A stretch of 64,000 nt of DNA from Flavobacteriales bacterium (GTDB lineage: Bacteria > Bacteroidota > Bacteroidia > Flavobacteriales_F > PHOS-HE28), in the NCBI GenBank assembly GCA_024103275.1, contig JAGFIV010000066.1, positions 10,531 to 74,530 on the forward strand, given 5' to 3'. This document shows, one piece after another, positions 55,252 to 64,000 of the stretch; position 1 is the stretch's first letter, and every line of letters starts with the position of its first letter. Under the pieces are notes generated by a model that saw nothing but the letters and a program-made list of their open reading frames with translations, had not been told where the DNA came from and searched no databases. The translations under genes were made by a program, and so were the position numbers.

Positions 55252-56433
55252 TCACGCACGCGCGCCTTCGTGGAAGCGCTTGCCCGATGCGGCCATGCGC
55301 CGCAGCAATGGCGAGGTGCGGTAACGCTCCTCATGGTATTCCGCATACAGGCTGTCCAGGACATGGACCCAATGCGCCGCTCCCTGTTCATCTGCCCAGG
55401 CCAACAGACCCTTGGGGTAGTTCACCCCTTTGGTCATCGCTAGGTCGAGGTCTTCCTTGCTGGCCACTTGGAGGTAAAGCGCATCGGCGGCCTCGTTGAT
55501 CAACATGGCCAAAACCCGTTCGGTGATCGATCGCCCCAAGGCTTGCGGCACTTGCGGTACCTCCCGCGTGCCACCATCCGGGCCGTGGTCGTAAAAACCT
55601 CGCCCCGTCTTGCGCCCCAGGCGGCCGCTTTCCACCAGCCGTTGCTGCGTGAGGCTGGGCCGGTAGCGCGGGTCGTAGAAGAACGCCTCCCACACGCTGC
55701 GCGTCACCGCCAGGTTCACATCGTTGCCGATCAGGTCCATCAGCTCAAAGGGTCCCATGCGGAAACCGGCCTCCCTCAGCGCCTGGTCGATCAAGGCCAT
55801 CCCTGCAAGGCCTTCCTCGAAGATCCGGATGCTCTCCCCGTAGAACGGCCGGGCCACCCGGTTGACGATGAAGCCGGGCGTGTCCTTGCAGATCACCGGG
55901 GTCTTGCCCCAGCGGTGCATCACCTCGCGGCAGCGTTCCGCCAGTTGCGGTCCCGTGGCCAGCCCCGGTACCACCTCCACCAGCGGCAGTACCGGCGCCG
56001 GGTTGAAGAAGTGCAGGCCGATCACCCGTGCGGGTTGTGCGCAAGCCGCGGCAATGGCGGTGATGGAAAGCGAGGATGTATTGGTGGCCAGGACCGCATC
56101 CGCAGCCGTCAAGGCATCGAGCTGGGCGAAGACCTCCTGCTTCACTTCCAATTTCTCCACGATGGCCTCGATCACCAGGCCGCAGGCTGAAAGTCCGGCA
56201 AGCTCCTGGGCAACCGTGATCCGGCCCAGAGTGGCATCGGCCGCTTCACGGGTGATCTTGCCCTTGGCCACCAGCTTGCCCAAGGTCGCACCCAGGCCGC
56301 CGATCGCCTGGCCCGGGGCATCCGGCCTCGCATCATACAAGATCACCGGGTGCCCGCTTTGCGCCGCCACTTGGGCGATGCCCACGCCCATGGTGCCCGC
56401 ACCGATCACACCCACTGTCATCTCCTTCTCCAT
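55252..56433 (-). CDS. 3-hydroxyacyl-CoA dehydrogenase (long PaaH-like form)
   Basis: The N-terminal Rossmann motif (VGVIGAGTMGVGIAQVAAQSGH), the 3HCDH catalytic region (TNTSSLSIT...HFFNPAPVLPLVEV) and an extra C-terminal 3HCDH_C repeat are present. Confidence 0.8.
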   Translation of the reverse strand: MEKEMTVGVIGAGTMGVGIAQVAAQSGHPVILYDARPDAPGQAIGGLGATLGKLVAKGKITREAADATLGRITVAQELAGLSACGLVIEAIVEKLEVKQEVFAQLDALTAADAVLATNTSSLSITAIAAACAQPARVIGLHFFNPAPVLPLVEVVPGLATGPQLAERCREVMHRWGKTPVICKDTPGFIVNRVARPFYGESIRIFEEGLAGMALIDQALREAGFRMGPFELMDLIGNDVNLAVTRSVWEAFFYDPRYRPSLTQQRLVESGRLGRKTGRGFYDHGPDGGTREVPQVPQALGRSITERVLAMLINEAADALYLQVASKEDLDLAMTKGVNYPKGLLAWADEQGAAHWVHVLDSLYAEYHEERYRTSPLLRRMAASGKRFHEGARA

Positions 56434-56453
56434 CCGCCTGCTCCTGGGGGCCC

Positions 56454-57239
56454 TCAGTGGCCGATGTACGTGGGCTTGCGCTTTTCCAGGAAGGCGGCCA
56501 CACCCTCCTTGCTGTCCTTGCTGCGCCCGGCGATGGCCTGCAGTTCGGCCTCCACCAGCAGGTGCTGCTCCAGGTTGCTGCCCCGCGAGCGGGCCATGGC
56601 GTACTTGGTAAGCGCGATGGCCAGCGTAGGCATGGCGGCCAGCTTTTCCGACACCGCCTTCACCTCGGCCTCCAAAGCGGCATCGGGGACGGCTTTCCAG
56701 ATCATGCCCAATTCGGCGGCACGGGCTGCGGGCAGTTTCTCGGCGAGGATCATCTGGCCGAAGGCCTGCTGCATCCCCACCAAACGGGGCAGGGTGAAGG
56801 TGCCGCCGCTGTCCGGGATCAGCCCGATGTTGATGAAGCTCTGCACGAAGACGGCACTTTCGGCCGCATATGTCAGGTCACACGCATAGGCCAGGTTGGC
56901 ACCGGCGCCGGCGGCGATGCCGTTCACGCCGCACAGCACGGGTTTGGGCATTTGCCGGATGGCCCGCACCATGGCGTTGTATTGCCGCTCCACCACATCC
57001 TCGATCCGCACGCCCGGCGCAATCGCCTCCGCCAGGTCCTGGCCGGCGCAAAAGGCCCGGCCGCTGCCCGTGAGCACGATGGCCCGCACCGTGGAATCCC
57101 CTTTGACCGCCGCCAGGACGTGCAGGATCTCCTCGGCCATCCTGGCCGTGATGCTGTTGAGCTTGTCCGGCCGGTCCAGCGTGATGGTGGCCACGCCGTT
57201 CGCCAAGGTGTATCGGATCTGTTCGTAGGTCATCGGCAA
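56454..57239 (-). CDS. enoyl-CoA hydratase/isomerase (crotonase fold; PaaG-like)
   Basis: The region VATITLDRPDKLNSI...AFCAGQDL...CGVNGIAAGAGANLAYACDL carries the crotonase oxyanion-hole motifs. Confidence 0.8.
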   Translation of the reverse strand: MPMTYEQIRYTLANGVATITLDRPDKLNSITARMAEEILHVLAAVKGDSTVRAIVLTGSGRAFCAGQDLAEAIAPGVRIEDVVERQYNAMVRAIRQMPKPVLCGVNGIAAGAGANLAYACDLTYAAESAVFVQSFINIGLIPDSGGTFTLPRLVGMQQAFGQMILAEKLPAARAAELGMIWKAVPDAALEAEVKAVSEKLAAMPTLAIALTKYAMARSRGSNLEQHLLVEAELQAIAGRSKDSKEGVAAFLEKRKPTYIGH

Positions 57240-57266
57240 TGGTTGTTCAAGGGTGGAAGGGCGGGT

Positions 57267-58325
57267 TCACCAGGCGAAACGTTTGGTGACGAAGGCACCG
57301 GGGATCCGCACGGCGGCAAGATAGATGCCGTGTGCGCCGTTGAAGGCGAGGTGGCTCCGACCGGGGGGCAAGGCGGTTTCCCGCACGAGGCGGCCAGCCA
57401 TGTCGCGGATCTCCACAGTCCCGGGCCCCGCATCACCCAGGTCCACGTGCAGGCCGTTGGCATCGGGAAGCACGCGTATGGAGCGCCCGTCATGCGCCTC
57501 AATACCCGTGGTGGGACTCCAGATGGCATGTACCCATTCCGGCCGGTCAATGAAGGGATTGCGGTTGTGCTGCAAGGCAAAGACCGCATTGTTGCGCGCG
57601 GTCTCCTTGTCGCTCACCGGGTCGAGATCGCTCCACGCCACCAGCAGGGTAACGGCCCACGGCGCCAGGTCCCCGCCGGACAACATGGGGGAGTCCCAGC
57701 CGGACATCGCGCCATAGTACCGGGTCATCATGTAGAAGTAACTGCGCGCGAAGTCGCCCTTGTACGCATCGATGGGCTCGAACACCGTGCCGTTGTACCC
57801 CGGCGTGATGCTCAGCCCCACCTTGGACCCATTATCGCTGCTCCAGTCCGCGCTGCCCACCTCGCCATAGGGAAGGTTGCCGCGCTTCTGGTTCACGAAC
57901 CCATCGGTGGGGTAGATGTGGAACAGGTCGGTGCGCATGGGGTTGCCCGAGTTGAACCAGCTCTGCGGGAAGCTGTGCTCCCGGTTGTAACAGTCGCCTT
58001 CCTCGGAGTATCCTCCGCACTGGTCCAAACCCAGGGTGTACACGTAGGGCGAGGTGCCGCCAGGGACGTCGCTGTACATGTCCCAGACCTTGTTCCCCGG
58101 TTTGGCATCCGTGCTGTAGAAGGCGTTCCAGATGGCCCCGTAGGAGATCGGGTCGTGGCCCGTGGTGATGATGCCATGAAGCGCCGCCCGGAGCGGCTGC
58201 CCGGTCAAACCTTCGGCACCGTCGTAATAGCCTGCAGGTGGTTGCGCCTGGGTACAGGCGGCCAGCAGGGCCGCCAGTGCAATTGGCAGGATCAGGCGCA
58301 TGGGCCCCAGGATTTGCTTCCTCAT
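57267..58325 (-). CDS. endonuclease I family extracellular nuclease with T9SS C-terminal sorting domain
   Basis: Signal/lipobox N-terminus. The region GYYDGAEGLTGQPLRAALHGII...YNREHSFPQSWF matches Endonuclease_1 (EndA/Vvn). The C-terminal ~75 aa (GTVEIRDMAGRLVRETALPPG...GIYLAAVRIPGAFVTKRFAW) resemble a T9SS type A tail. Confidence 0.65.
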   Translation of the reverse strand: MRKQILGPMRLILPIALAALLAACTQAQPPAGYYDGAEGLTGQPLRAALHGIITTGHDPISYGAIWNAFYSTDAKPGNKVWDMYSDVPGGTSPYVYTLGLDQCGGYSEEGDCYNREHSFPQSWFNSGNPMRTDLFHIYPTDGFVNQKRGNLPYGEVGSADWSSDNGSKVGLSITPGYNGTVFEPIDAYKGDFARSYFYMMTRYYGAMSGWDSPMLSGGDLAPWAVTLLVAWSDLDPVSDKETARNNAVFALQHNRNPFIDRPEWVHAIWSPTTGIEAHDGRSIRVLPDANGLHVDLGDAGPGTVEIRDMAGRLVRETALPPGRSHLAFNGAHGIYLAAVRIPGAFVTKRFAW

Positions 58326-58708
58326 TGTTTAACGACCGGTTTTTCCGCTTCCTCCCACGTCTCAATGCCCCCTTTGAGGTCGTAAACGTGCGTATAGCCC
58401 TCCTTGATCAAGCTTTCCTTGGCTTGCCCGCTCCGGTACCCTGAGCCGCAATAGAGCAGGATGGTCCTGTCCTTGTCCGTACCGGCCAGGTACTTCATCA
58501 GGTTGCCGCCTTCCCAGTCCACGTCCACCGCACCCTCGATATGCTCGTCTGCATAAATCTCCCATGGCCGCAAGTCGATCACGACGGCCTCCTGCTTCAT
58601 CATCGCCGCCTGGAAGGCATCCGCATCCAAGCTCGCCCCGTTGTCCTGGGCACGGACCTGGATGGCAAGGGCCAGGACGGAGAGGATGATCAAAAACACA
58701 TGCTTCAT
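58322..58708 (-). CDS. rhodanese-like domain protein (secreted)
   Basis: Start MKHVFLIILSVLALAIQVRAQ gives a signal peptide. The region ILLYCGSGYRSGQAKESL carries the rhodanese active-site Cys loop. Its stop overlaps the endonuclease start by 4 nt. Confidence 0.7.
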   Translation of the reverse strand: MKHVFLIILSVLALAIQVRAQDNGASLDADAFQAAMMKQEAVVIDLRPWEIYADEHIEGAVDVDWEGGNLMKYLAGTDKDRTILLYCGSGYRSGQAKESLIKEGYTHVYDLKGGIETWEEAEKPVVKQ

Positions 58709-58847
58709 GGTGCAAAGATCGCTCGGGCGGATCTGGCCCGAGCCTGTAACCCGCGAAAATTGCCCGAGCTCCGGTGCATCGTTTCCGGGCTTGCCTATCT
58801 TTGGCTTACCGTGGTGCGTGAGCCCAGGGAACCCCAAAACCGATGCG

Positions 58848-59285
58848 ATGAGAACCCTTGCCCGTTGTTCCACTTTGGCCATGGCCCTTTTGATGGGCGG
58901 TGCGCTGCTTGCCCAGTCCGAACCGGTAAACCCTGTACCCGTGGCGGATGACCACCCGATCTGGAACGATCCGCTGTTGGACCCCGCCATGGTGGTGCTC
59001 AGCGCGGACTACCTGGGCCAGGAATTGCAGTTGGGAAAAGAACAGGTGGACGTGCTGAAAGAGATCGAGGATGACGTGAATGCCCGGTTGGCCAGCGTGG
59101 ATCAATTGGCCCCTGGGGAACGGGAGGCGCGTGAGAAATCCTTGTTGCAGGAGTTGAACAACAGGCAATCCGCCGTGCTTTCCAAGGGACAGCGGGACCA
59201 AGTGGCCCAGATCAAGAAGGACATGCAACGCGAGCGGGCGGCCAAGTTGGCGATCCAGCGCGCTGCGGAGAGCGGTGCACGATAG
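58848..59285 (+). CDS. hypothetical secreted protein (145 aa)
   Basis: Start MRTLARCSTLAMALLMGGALLAQS gives a signal peptide. The body is charged, Gln/Glu-rich and helical. I recognise no family. Confidence 0.45.
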   Translation: MRTLARCSTLAMALLMGGALLAQSEPVNPVPVADDHPIWNDPLLDPAMVVLSADYLGQELQLGKEQVDVLKEIEDDVNARLASVDQLAPGEREAREKSLLQELNNRQSAVLSKGQRDQVAQIKKDMQRERAAKLAIQRAAESGAR

Positions 59286-59372
59286 GCGGACCGGCCAGGT
59301 GAATGGCCGGCCCACCCATGGAAAAGGCCCCGTGATGCGGGGCCTTTTCCATATAAACGGGTGAACGGAGGC

Positions 59373-59726
59373 TCAGTCCTTCCCCAGGTCCTCAAAGTCC
59401 AGGTCCACGGATCCCCGGCCCGGATCATCCTCCGGCGTGTCGGCGGAGGGCGCTCCGGGTGCCTGCGGCCGGCCCCCCGATCCACGGATCTGTTCCAAGG
59501 CATCAAGGCTTTCGCGCAGCCCTTCCATGAATTTTCCGAAATCCTCCTTGTACAGGAAGATCTTGTGCTTCTCGTAGCCTACGCTCCCATCCTCGCGGTT
59601 GAATTTCTTCCGCTCCGTGATGGTCAGGTACAGGTCGTTTGCGCGGGTGCTGCGCACGTCGAAATAATAAGTGCGCTTTCCTGCACGCACCACCTTGGTG
59701 AAAACATCTTCCCGTTCGTCCTCCAT
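59373..59726 (-). CDS. DUF3276 family protein (PUR-alpha-like nucleic-acid-binding fold)
   Basis: The region MEDEREDVFTKVVRAGKRTYYFDVRSTRANDLYLTITERKK...KHKIFLYKEDFGKFMEGL is typical of Bacteroidota DUF3276 proteins. Confidence 0.5.
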   Translation of the reverse strand: MEDEREDVFTKVVRAGKRTYYFDVRSTRANDLYLTITERKKFNREDGSVGYEKHKIFLYKEDFGKFMEGLRESLDALEQIRGSGGRPQAPGAPSADTPEDDPGRGSVDLDFEDLGKD

Positions 59727-59805
59727 CAGGATGCCTGGCTTGGGATTTCAAATATAACCGCCTGGCCGGAATGCCCGCGCCCATGCATTCGGCTGCGAGG
59801 ACCGG

Positions 59806-61686
59806 TCACCCTTTGCGCGCGGCTTCCAGGAGTTGTTCCGCGTGCAGGCCCGCGTATACGCCGCCCACATCGAGCAAATGCTGGTGCTTGCCTTCCTCAA
59901 TGATGCACCCATGGGCCAGCACCAGGATGTGGTCCGCGTGCTGCACCGCGCTGATCCGGTGGCTGATGATCACCGTGGTGCGGCCCACCATGATCTGCCG
60001 AAGGCCGGACAGGATGGCTTCCTCGGTGGCCGTGTCCACCGCGCTCAACGGGTCGTCGAAGATGAGGATCCGCGGACGGCCCGCCACGGCCCGGGCAATG
60101 CTCACCCGCTGTTTCTGGCCCCCGCTCAGCGTCACGCCCCGTTCACCCAACACGGTCCCGTAGCCTTTGGGGAAATGGCGGATGTCCTGGTGGACCTGCG
60201 CGATGTGCGCGGCTTCTTCGACACGCGCGCGGACATCGGGTGCCGGGTCCAGGCTGAAGGCGATGTTGTTGGCGATGGTGTCGCTGAAAAGGAATACATC
60301 CTGTGGCACCACGCCCAATTCCCGGCGCAGCTTTTCGGGCGCCACCTGGGGCAGGGGCACGCCGTCCAGCAACACCTCGCCGCTTGACGGGTCATACAGC
60401 CTGCACATCAGGTCAACCAGGGTGCTTTTCCCGCTTCCGGTGTGGCCCACCACCGCCAAGGTGCCGCCCGCCGGGAGGTGGAAGCTCACGTTCTTCAACG
60501 CTTCAATGCCCGTTTCAGGGTAGGTGAAGGACACGTTCCGGAAGGTGATCGCCCCCTTCACTTCCGCCAACCGGTCGCCCTCCGCCCGCAAGGCCGGCCG
60601 GGTGCCCAGGAACTCGTTGATCCGTTCCATGCTCACCGCCGCCTGTTGCACCTGGGAGGTGATCATCCCCAGGCTCGCGAAGGGCCAGGTCAGTTTGGTG
60701 ACATACAGGGTGAACTCCGCCAAGTTGCCCACGGTCACCCCGTTGTTGCCCTGGATCAGCAGGATGCCGCCCACGAAGATCACCAGTGCGGTGCTCAACC
60801 CCACCAGCAGCATGATCGAAGGCATGAACAGGGCGTCCACCTTGGCCTGGGCGAGGCTCGTTTTGCGGTAGGCCTTCGCCGTGCGCCGGAACCGCGCGAT
60901 CACCTGTTCCTCCCGGGCATACGCCTTGATCACCCGGATGCCGCTGAAGGATTCCTGGGCCATCGCGCTCAGCCGGCTTTGCTGCCGCTGCGTGGCCATG
61001 CTCCGTTCGTTGATCGTCTCGCTCACCATGTAGATCGCCAAGCTCAGCAGCGGAAGCGGGGCCAGCGACCACAGCGTCAGTTCCACGTTCACGTCCAGCA
61101 TCACCCAGATGATCATGATCGTCAGCACCACCAGGTTGGTGATGTACATCACCGCCGGGCCCAGGAACTGGCGCACCTTGCTCACGTCCTCGCTGATGCG
61201 GTTCATCAGGTCGCCCGTGCTGTTGCGCTTGTAAAAGGCCCGGTCCAGCGCCTGGTAATGTGCGTACACCGTGTTCTTCAGGTCGTATTCGATGTGGCGG
61301 CTCACCACGATGATCGTCTGCCGGGTGAGGAACAGGAAGAAGCCGCTCAGCAAGGTGAAGGCAAGGAAGAGCCCCGCATAGAAAATGGCGAACCAGGTCA
61401 CCTTGGCCTCCAGGGAGGCATCGTCCAGCGGCCCGTCGAGTTTCGCCTGCAGGTCCAGGCCGGTCCAAGAGGTCCAGCTTTCCAGGCGCGGGCTTACCTC
61501 CAGGTGGCGCTGGTCCACCGGAAGCCCCCGCTGTTGGATGCCGTCGCCGATGAGGTTGAAGGCCTCGCGTACCACCTGCGGGGTGTATACCGTGAAGACG
61601 CCCGTGAGGATGATGAACCCGATGCCCAGCAGCAGGCGGCCCCAGTAGCGGCGGAAATAGGGGAGGACGGCGAGGAGGGAACGCAT
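59806..61686 (-). CDS. ABC transporter ATP-binding/permease fusion protein (MsbA-like exporter)
   Basis: Six TM helices, then Walker A (GHTGSGKST), ABC signature (LSGGQKQRVSIARA) and Walker B (ILIFDDPLSAVD). Confidence 0.85.
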   Translation of the reverse strand: MRSLLAVLPYFRRYWGRLLLGIGFIILTGVFTVYTPQVVREAFNLIGDGIQQRGLPVDQRHLEVSPRLESWTSWTGLDLQAKLDGPLDDASLEAKVTWFAIFYAGLFLAFTLLSGFFLFLTRQTIIVVSRHIEYDLKNTVYAHYQALDRAFYKRNSTGDLMNRISEDVSKVRQFLGPAVMYITNLVVLTIMIIWVMLDVNVELTLWSLAPLPLLSLAIYMVSETINERSMATQRQQSRLSAMAQESFSGIRVIKAYAREEQVIARFRRTAKAYRKTSLAQAKVDALFMPSIMLLVGLSTALVIFVGGILLIQGNNGVTVGNLAEFTLYVTKLTWPFASLGMITSQVQQAAVSMERINEFLGTRPALRAEGDRLAEVKGAITFRNVSFTYPETGIEALKNVSFHLPAGGTLAVVGHTGSGKSTLVDLMCRLYDPSSGEVLLDGVPLPQVAPEKLRRELGVVPQDVFLFSDTIANNIAFSLDPAPDVRARVEEAAHIAQVHQDIRHFPKGYGTVLGERGVTLSGGQKQRVSIARAVAGRPRILIFDDPLSAVDTATEEAILSGLRQIMVGRTTVIISHRISAVQHADHILVLAHGCIIEEGKHQHLLDVGGVYAGLHAEQLLEAARKG

Positions 61687-61854
61687 GGAACGGTCGTACT
61701 ACCTTTGCGCGCCCGGTCCAAAAAAAGAGGGGACGGCCCCGCAAAAGTAGACCGGCATTAACGGAGGAAGCCCTGAAGCGCGAAGGAGACCTGGCACCGG
61801 ACCGCCTGTATCGGATGTCGTTGCAGACCGCTCCCCACGCCAAAGGCCGGTAAC

Positions 61855-62988
61855 ATGACCATCACCGAACAAGACCAACACCAACAAATGTCCTTGGTAA
61901 AGGAAAAGGCTGCGGCCGCCCCGGCGGTCATTGATCGCATGAAGGAACATGGGCACGAGCAGATCCTCTTCTGCAACGATGCGGAAACGGGGCTCAGGGC
62001 CATCATCGCCGTGCATGACACCACCCTCGGGCCCGCGCTGGGCGGCACCCGCATGTGGCCCTACCACAACGAGGCCGAAGCACTGGAAGACGTGCTGCGC
62101 CTCAGCCGGGGGATGACCTACAAGAGCGCCCTCGCCGGCCTGGACCTCGGCGGGGGAAAGGCGGTCATCATCGGCGATGCCCGCAAGGACAAGACCGAGG
62201 CCATGTTCCGCCGGTTCGGGCGTTTCGTCGAAAGCCTCAACGGACGGTACATTACCGCCGAGGATGTGGGCATGAGCACCACCGAGATGGTGAACATCCG
62301 TAAGGAAACGGGGTACGTGGTGGGCCTGCCGGAGTCCATGGGCGGCAGCGGCGATCCATCGCCGGTGACTGCATACGGCGTGTATTGCGGCATGAAGGCC
62401 GCCGCCAAGACGGCATACGGTTCGGACGACCTGAACAAGAAGAAGGTCTCCATCCAGGGTGCGGGCAACGTGGGGCATCACCTGGTGGACCTGTTGCGCA
62501 AGGAGGGTGCGTCGGTCTTCCTCACGGACATCCATGACGACAAGCTGGCCGCCATCAAGGCTGAGCACCCCGATGTGAACATCGTGAGGCCGGACGAGGT
62601 GATCGGGCTGGACGTGGACATCTACTCGCCCTGTGCCTTGGGGGCCACGGTGAACGACGAAACCATCCCGAAGCTGAAGTGCAGCATCATCGCGGGTTCG
62701 GCCAACAACCAACTGGGCGATGAGGACCGCCATGGCAGGATGCTGATGGAAAAGGGCATCCTCTATGCACCCGATTACCTGATCAACGCCGGGGGGATCA
62801 TCAATTGCGCGTGGGAGCGCCGCGGCTACAACCGGCAGGCGGCCTTGTCGCAGACCGGTGACATCTACCGCACCGCCCTGGAGATCTTCAAGCGCAGCAG
62901 CGAGGAGGGCATCCCCACCTTCCTGGCCGCCAACCAAGCCGCGGAGCGCCGCATCCGTAGCATCCGCGGGGCCGGCCTGTCCTTCTAA
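61855..62988 (+). CDS. leucine/valine/phenylalanine dehydrogenase (Glu/Leu/Phe/Val DH family)
   Basis: The catalytic Lys region (GGTRMWPY...DLGGGKAVIIGD) and the NAD fold (IQGAGNVGHHL) are present. The 377-aa length fits the Leu/Val DH subgroup. Confidence 0.8.
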   Translation: MTITEQDQHQQMSLVKEKAAAAPAVIDRMKEHGHEQILFCNDAETGLRAIIAVHDTTLGPALGGTRMWPYHNEAEALEDVLRLSRGMTYKSALAGLDLGGGKAVIIGDARKDKTEAMFRRFGRFVESLNGRYITAEDVGMSTTEMVNIRKETGYVVGLPESMGGSGDPSPVTAYGVYCGMKAAAKTAYGSDDLNKKKVSIQGAGNVGHHLVDLLRKEGASVFLTDIHDDKLAAIKAEHPDVNIVRPDEVIGLDVDIYSPCALGATVNDETIPKLKCSIIAGSANNQLGDEDRHGRMLMEKGILYAPDYLINAGGIINCAWERRGYNRQAALSQTGDIYRTALEIFKRSSEEGIPTFLAANQAAERRIRSIRGAGLSF

Positions 62989-63001
62989 CGCAACGCGCCG
63001 C

Positions 63002-63949
63002 ATGCTTAACCGCCGCTTCCTCCGCACCCAGGTCTTCCAAGCCCTGTACGCCTTGGAGCAAAGTGCCGACGGGAGTGCGGCCAAGATCGAGAAGGAACTG
63101 CTCCTCGGGGTGGTGCGCACCTACGACCTGTACGTGCACCTGCTGATGATCTTCGGGGAGATGCGCCGCCTGGCGGAACACCGCATCGCGGAGCGAAAAG
63201 CCAAGCGGATGCCCTCCCGCGAGGACCTCGAACCCAACCTCCGTTTCGTGGAAAACCCGTTCCTGAAGGAGCTCAGCGAAAGCCCCAGGCTACTGGCCGA
63301 GGCCGAGAAGCGCAAGATGGGATGGGTGGGTGAGAACGGATTGATGACACAGCTGTACAAGCGGCTGGAGGCCAGCGCCGAGTACATCGAATACATGGCG
63401 GCCCCTGAAACCTCTTCCAGCCGGGACCGCGCCATCCTGGTCACCCTGTTCCTGGAATACATCGCCCAGCACGAAGGACTGCACGAACACGTGGAGGCCC
63501 GGTCCATCCATTGGCTGGAAGACCTCGACCTGGCCTGCACCATGGTGAAGCGGACCCTGGAGGGCATGGACCTCGTGCACCCCGTGCTGGACCTGCGCGA
63601 ACTGGAGGGCGACCACGGCGAGGACCGTGAATTCATCACCGCGCTTTTCCGCAACACCACGGCCAACAAGGAAGCGGATGAGCGCCTGATCGCCGACCGG
63701 GCGCGCAACTGGGAGGCCGACCGCATCGCCCTCTCCGATATGCTGTTGATGCGCATGGCCCTGACCGAGGTGCGCAGCTTCGACCTCATCCCGATAAAGG
63801 TGACGTTGAACGAATACATCGAGATCGCCAAGGCCTACAGCACACCGAAGAGCAAGAACTTCATCAACGGCATCCTGGACAAGCTCTTTGCGGAAATGAA
63901 GCAGGACGGCACCATCCGCAAGGTGGGGCGCGGCCTGCTGGAAAGTTGA
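63002..63949 (+). CDS. nusB: transcription antitermination factor NusB (long Bacteroidota form)
   Basis: Start taken at MLNRRFLRTQVFQALYALEQ. The C-terminal NusB fold (WEADRIALSDMLLMRMALTEV...EYIEIAKAYSTPKSKNFINGILDK) is present. Confidence 0.8.
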   Translation: MLNRRFLRTQVFQALYALEQSADGSAAKIEKELLLGVVRTYDLYVHLLMIFGEMRRLAEHRIAERKAKRMPSREDLEPNLRFVENPFLKELSESPRLLAEAEKRKMGWVGENGLMTQLYKRLEASAEYIEYMAAPETSSSRDRAILVTLFLEYIAQHEGLHEHVEARSIHWLEDLDLACTMVKRTLEGMDLVHPVLDLRELEGDHGEDREFITALFRNTTANKEADERLIADRARNWEADRIALSDMLLMRMALTEVRSFDLIPIKVTLNEYIEIAKAYSTPKSKNFINGILDKLFAEMKQDGTIRKVGRGLLES

Positions 63950-64000
63950 CCGACATGGACCACAAACCGCGATCCATCACGAAAGCGGGCGTGCGGCCGC

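Noticed and set aside
56457-58385. 642-aa plus-strand ORF antisense to the PaaG-like and endonuclease I genes
   Set aside because: Shadow frame. The minus-strand products carry crotonase and Endonuclease_1 motifs.
1-64000. CRISPR arrays, transposases or integrases, restriction-modification or other defence islands
   Set aside because: No repeat-spacer periodicity, no DDE or tyrosine-recombinase motifs, and no methyltransferase/endonuclease pairs were found on either strand. The only repeats are the heptamer SSR and the 170-bp tRNA-associated tandem duplication.

Overview
This 64-kb window is chromosomal DNA of about 65% GC from a member of the Bacteroidota. The phylum call rests on three things visible in the sequence: several T9SS (type IX secretion) C-terminal sorting domains, TAnnTTTG-type -7 promoter motifs upstream of the tRNAs and some genes, and an OmpA protein with thrombospondin type 3 repeats. 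I called about 65 CDSs, two tRNAs, three promoter motifs, two terminators and two repeat loci.

Content in order:
- Partial ABC ATPase at the left edge, then a minus-strand operon (thiolase, a 538-aa secreted protein, a YdeI/DUF1801 protein, the ABC ATPase) and a PaaI-type hotdog thioesterase.
- Ogt methyltransferase, a lipoprotein, a cytochrome b561-like protein, a 4Fe-4S ferredoxin, a LuxC-type acyl-CoA reductase and a beta-helix lipoprotein.
- rpmE (ribosomal protein L31 type B), then divergent tRNA-Pro(CGG) and tRNA-Gly(CCC). A 2 x 170-bp tandem duplication abuts tRNA-Pro and carries a copy of its 3' end.
- Two paralogous secreted proteins, the second fused to thrombospondin type 3 repeats and an OmpA domain.
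- A MarR regulator and an NfeD-SPFH (stomatin) pair.
- A roughly 17-kb co-directional polysaccharide (O-antigen or exopolysaccharide) operon at 19.0-35.9 kb. It encodes three MOP-family (Wzx-like) flippases, one of them fused to half of a GT4 glycosyltransferase. It also encodes a GtrB-like GT2 and two membrane proteins of unknown family, three GT4 glycosyltransferases, a FemAB-like GNAT, a deacetylase-like protein, an O-antigen ligase-like protein, a DegT aminotransferase and a PglC-like sugar transferase. The most unusual gene in it fuses a class-II glutamine amidotransferase domain to a WbuX/PseA-type PP-loop N-acetyl sugar amidotransferase.
- Accessory sugar genes at 41.4-44.5 kb (a PglF/CapD dehydratase and a GT4).
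- gcvT, ComB, an S1/P1 nuclease-like protein and an AhpD-like protein.
- A gdhA-pntAA-pntAB-pntB-rnk operon, a universal stress protein and a YceI lipoprotein.
- A PaaH/PaaG-like beta-oxidation pair, a T9SS-exported endonuclease I with a rhodanese, a PUR-alpha-like DUF3276 protein, an MsbA-like ABC exporter, leucine dehydrogenase and nusB.

I found no CRISPR array, transposase or defence island. The many long antisense ORFs in the track are GC-rich shadow frames and were rejected. Coordinates come from the ORF track plus residue offsets; I ran no database searches, so all family assignments are by recognition from the sequence.
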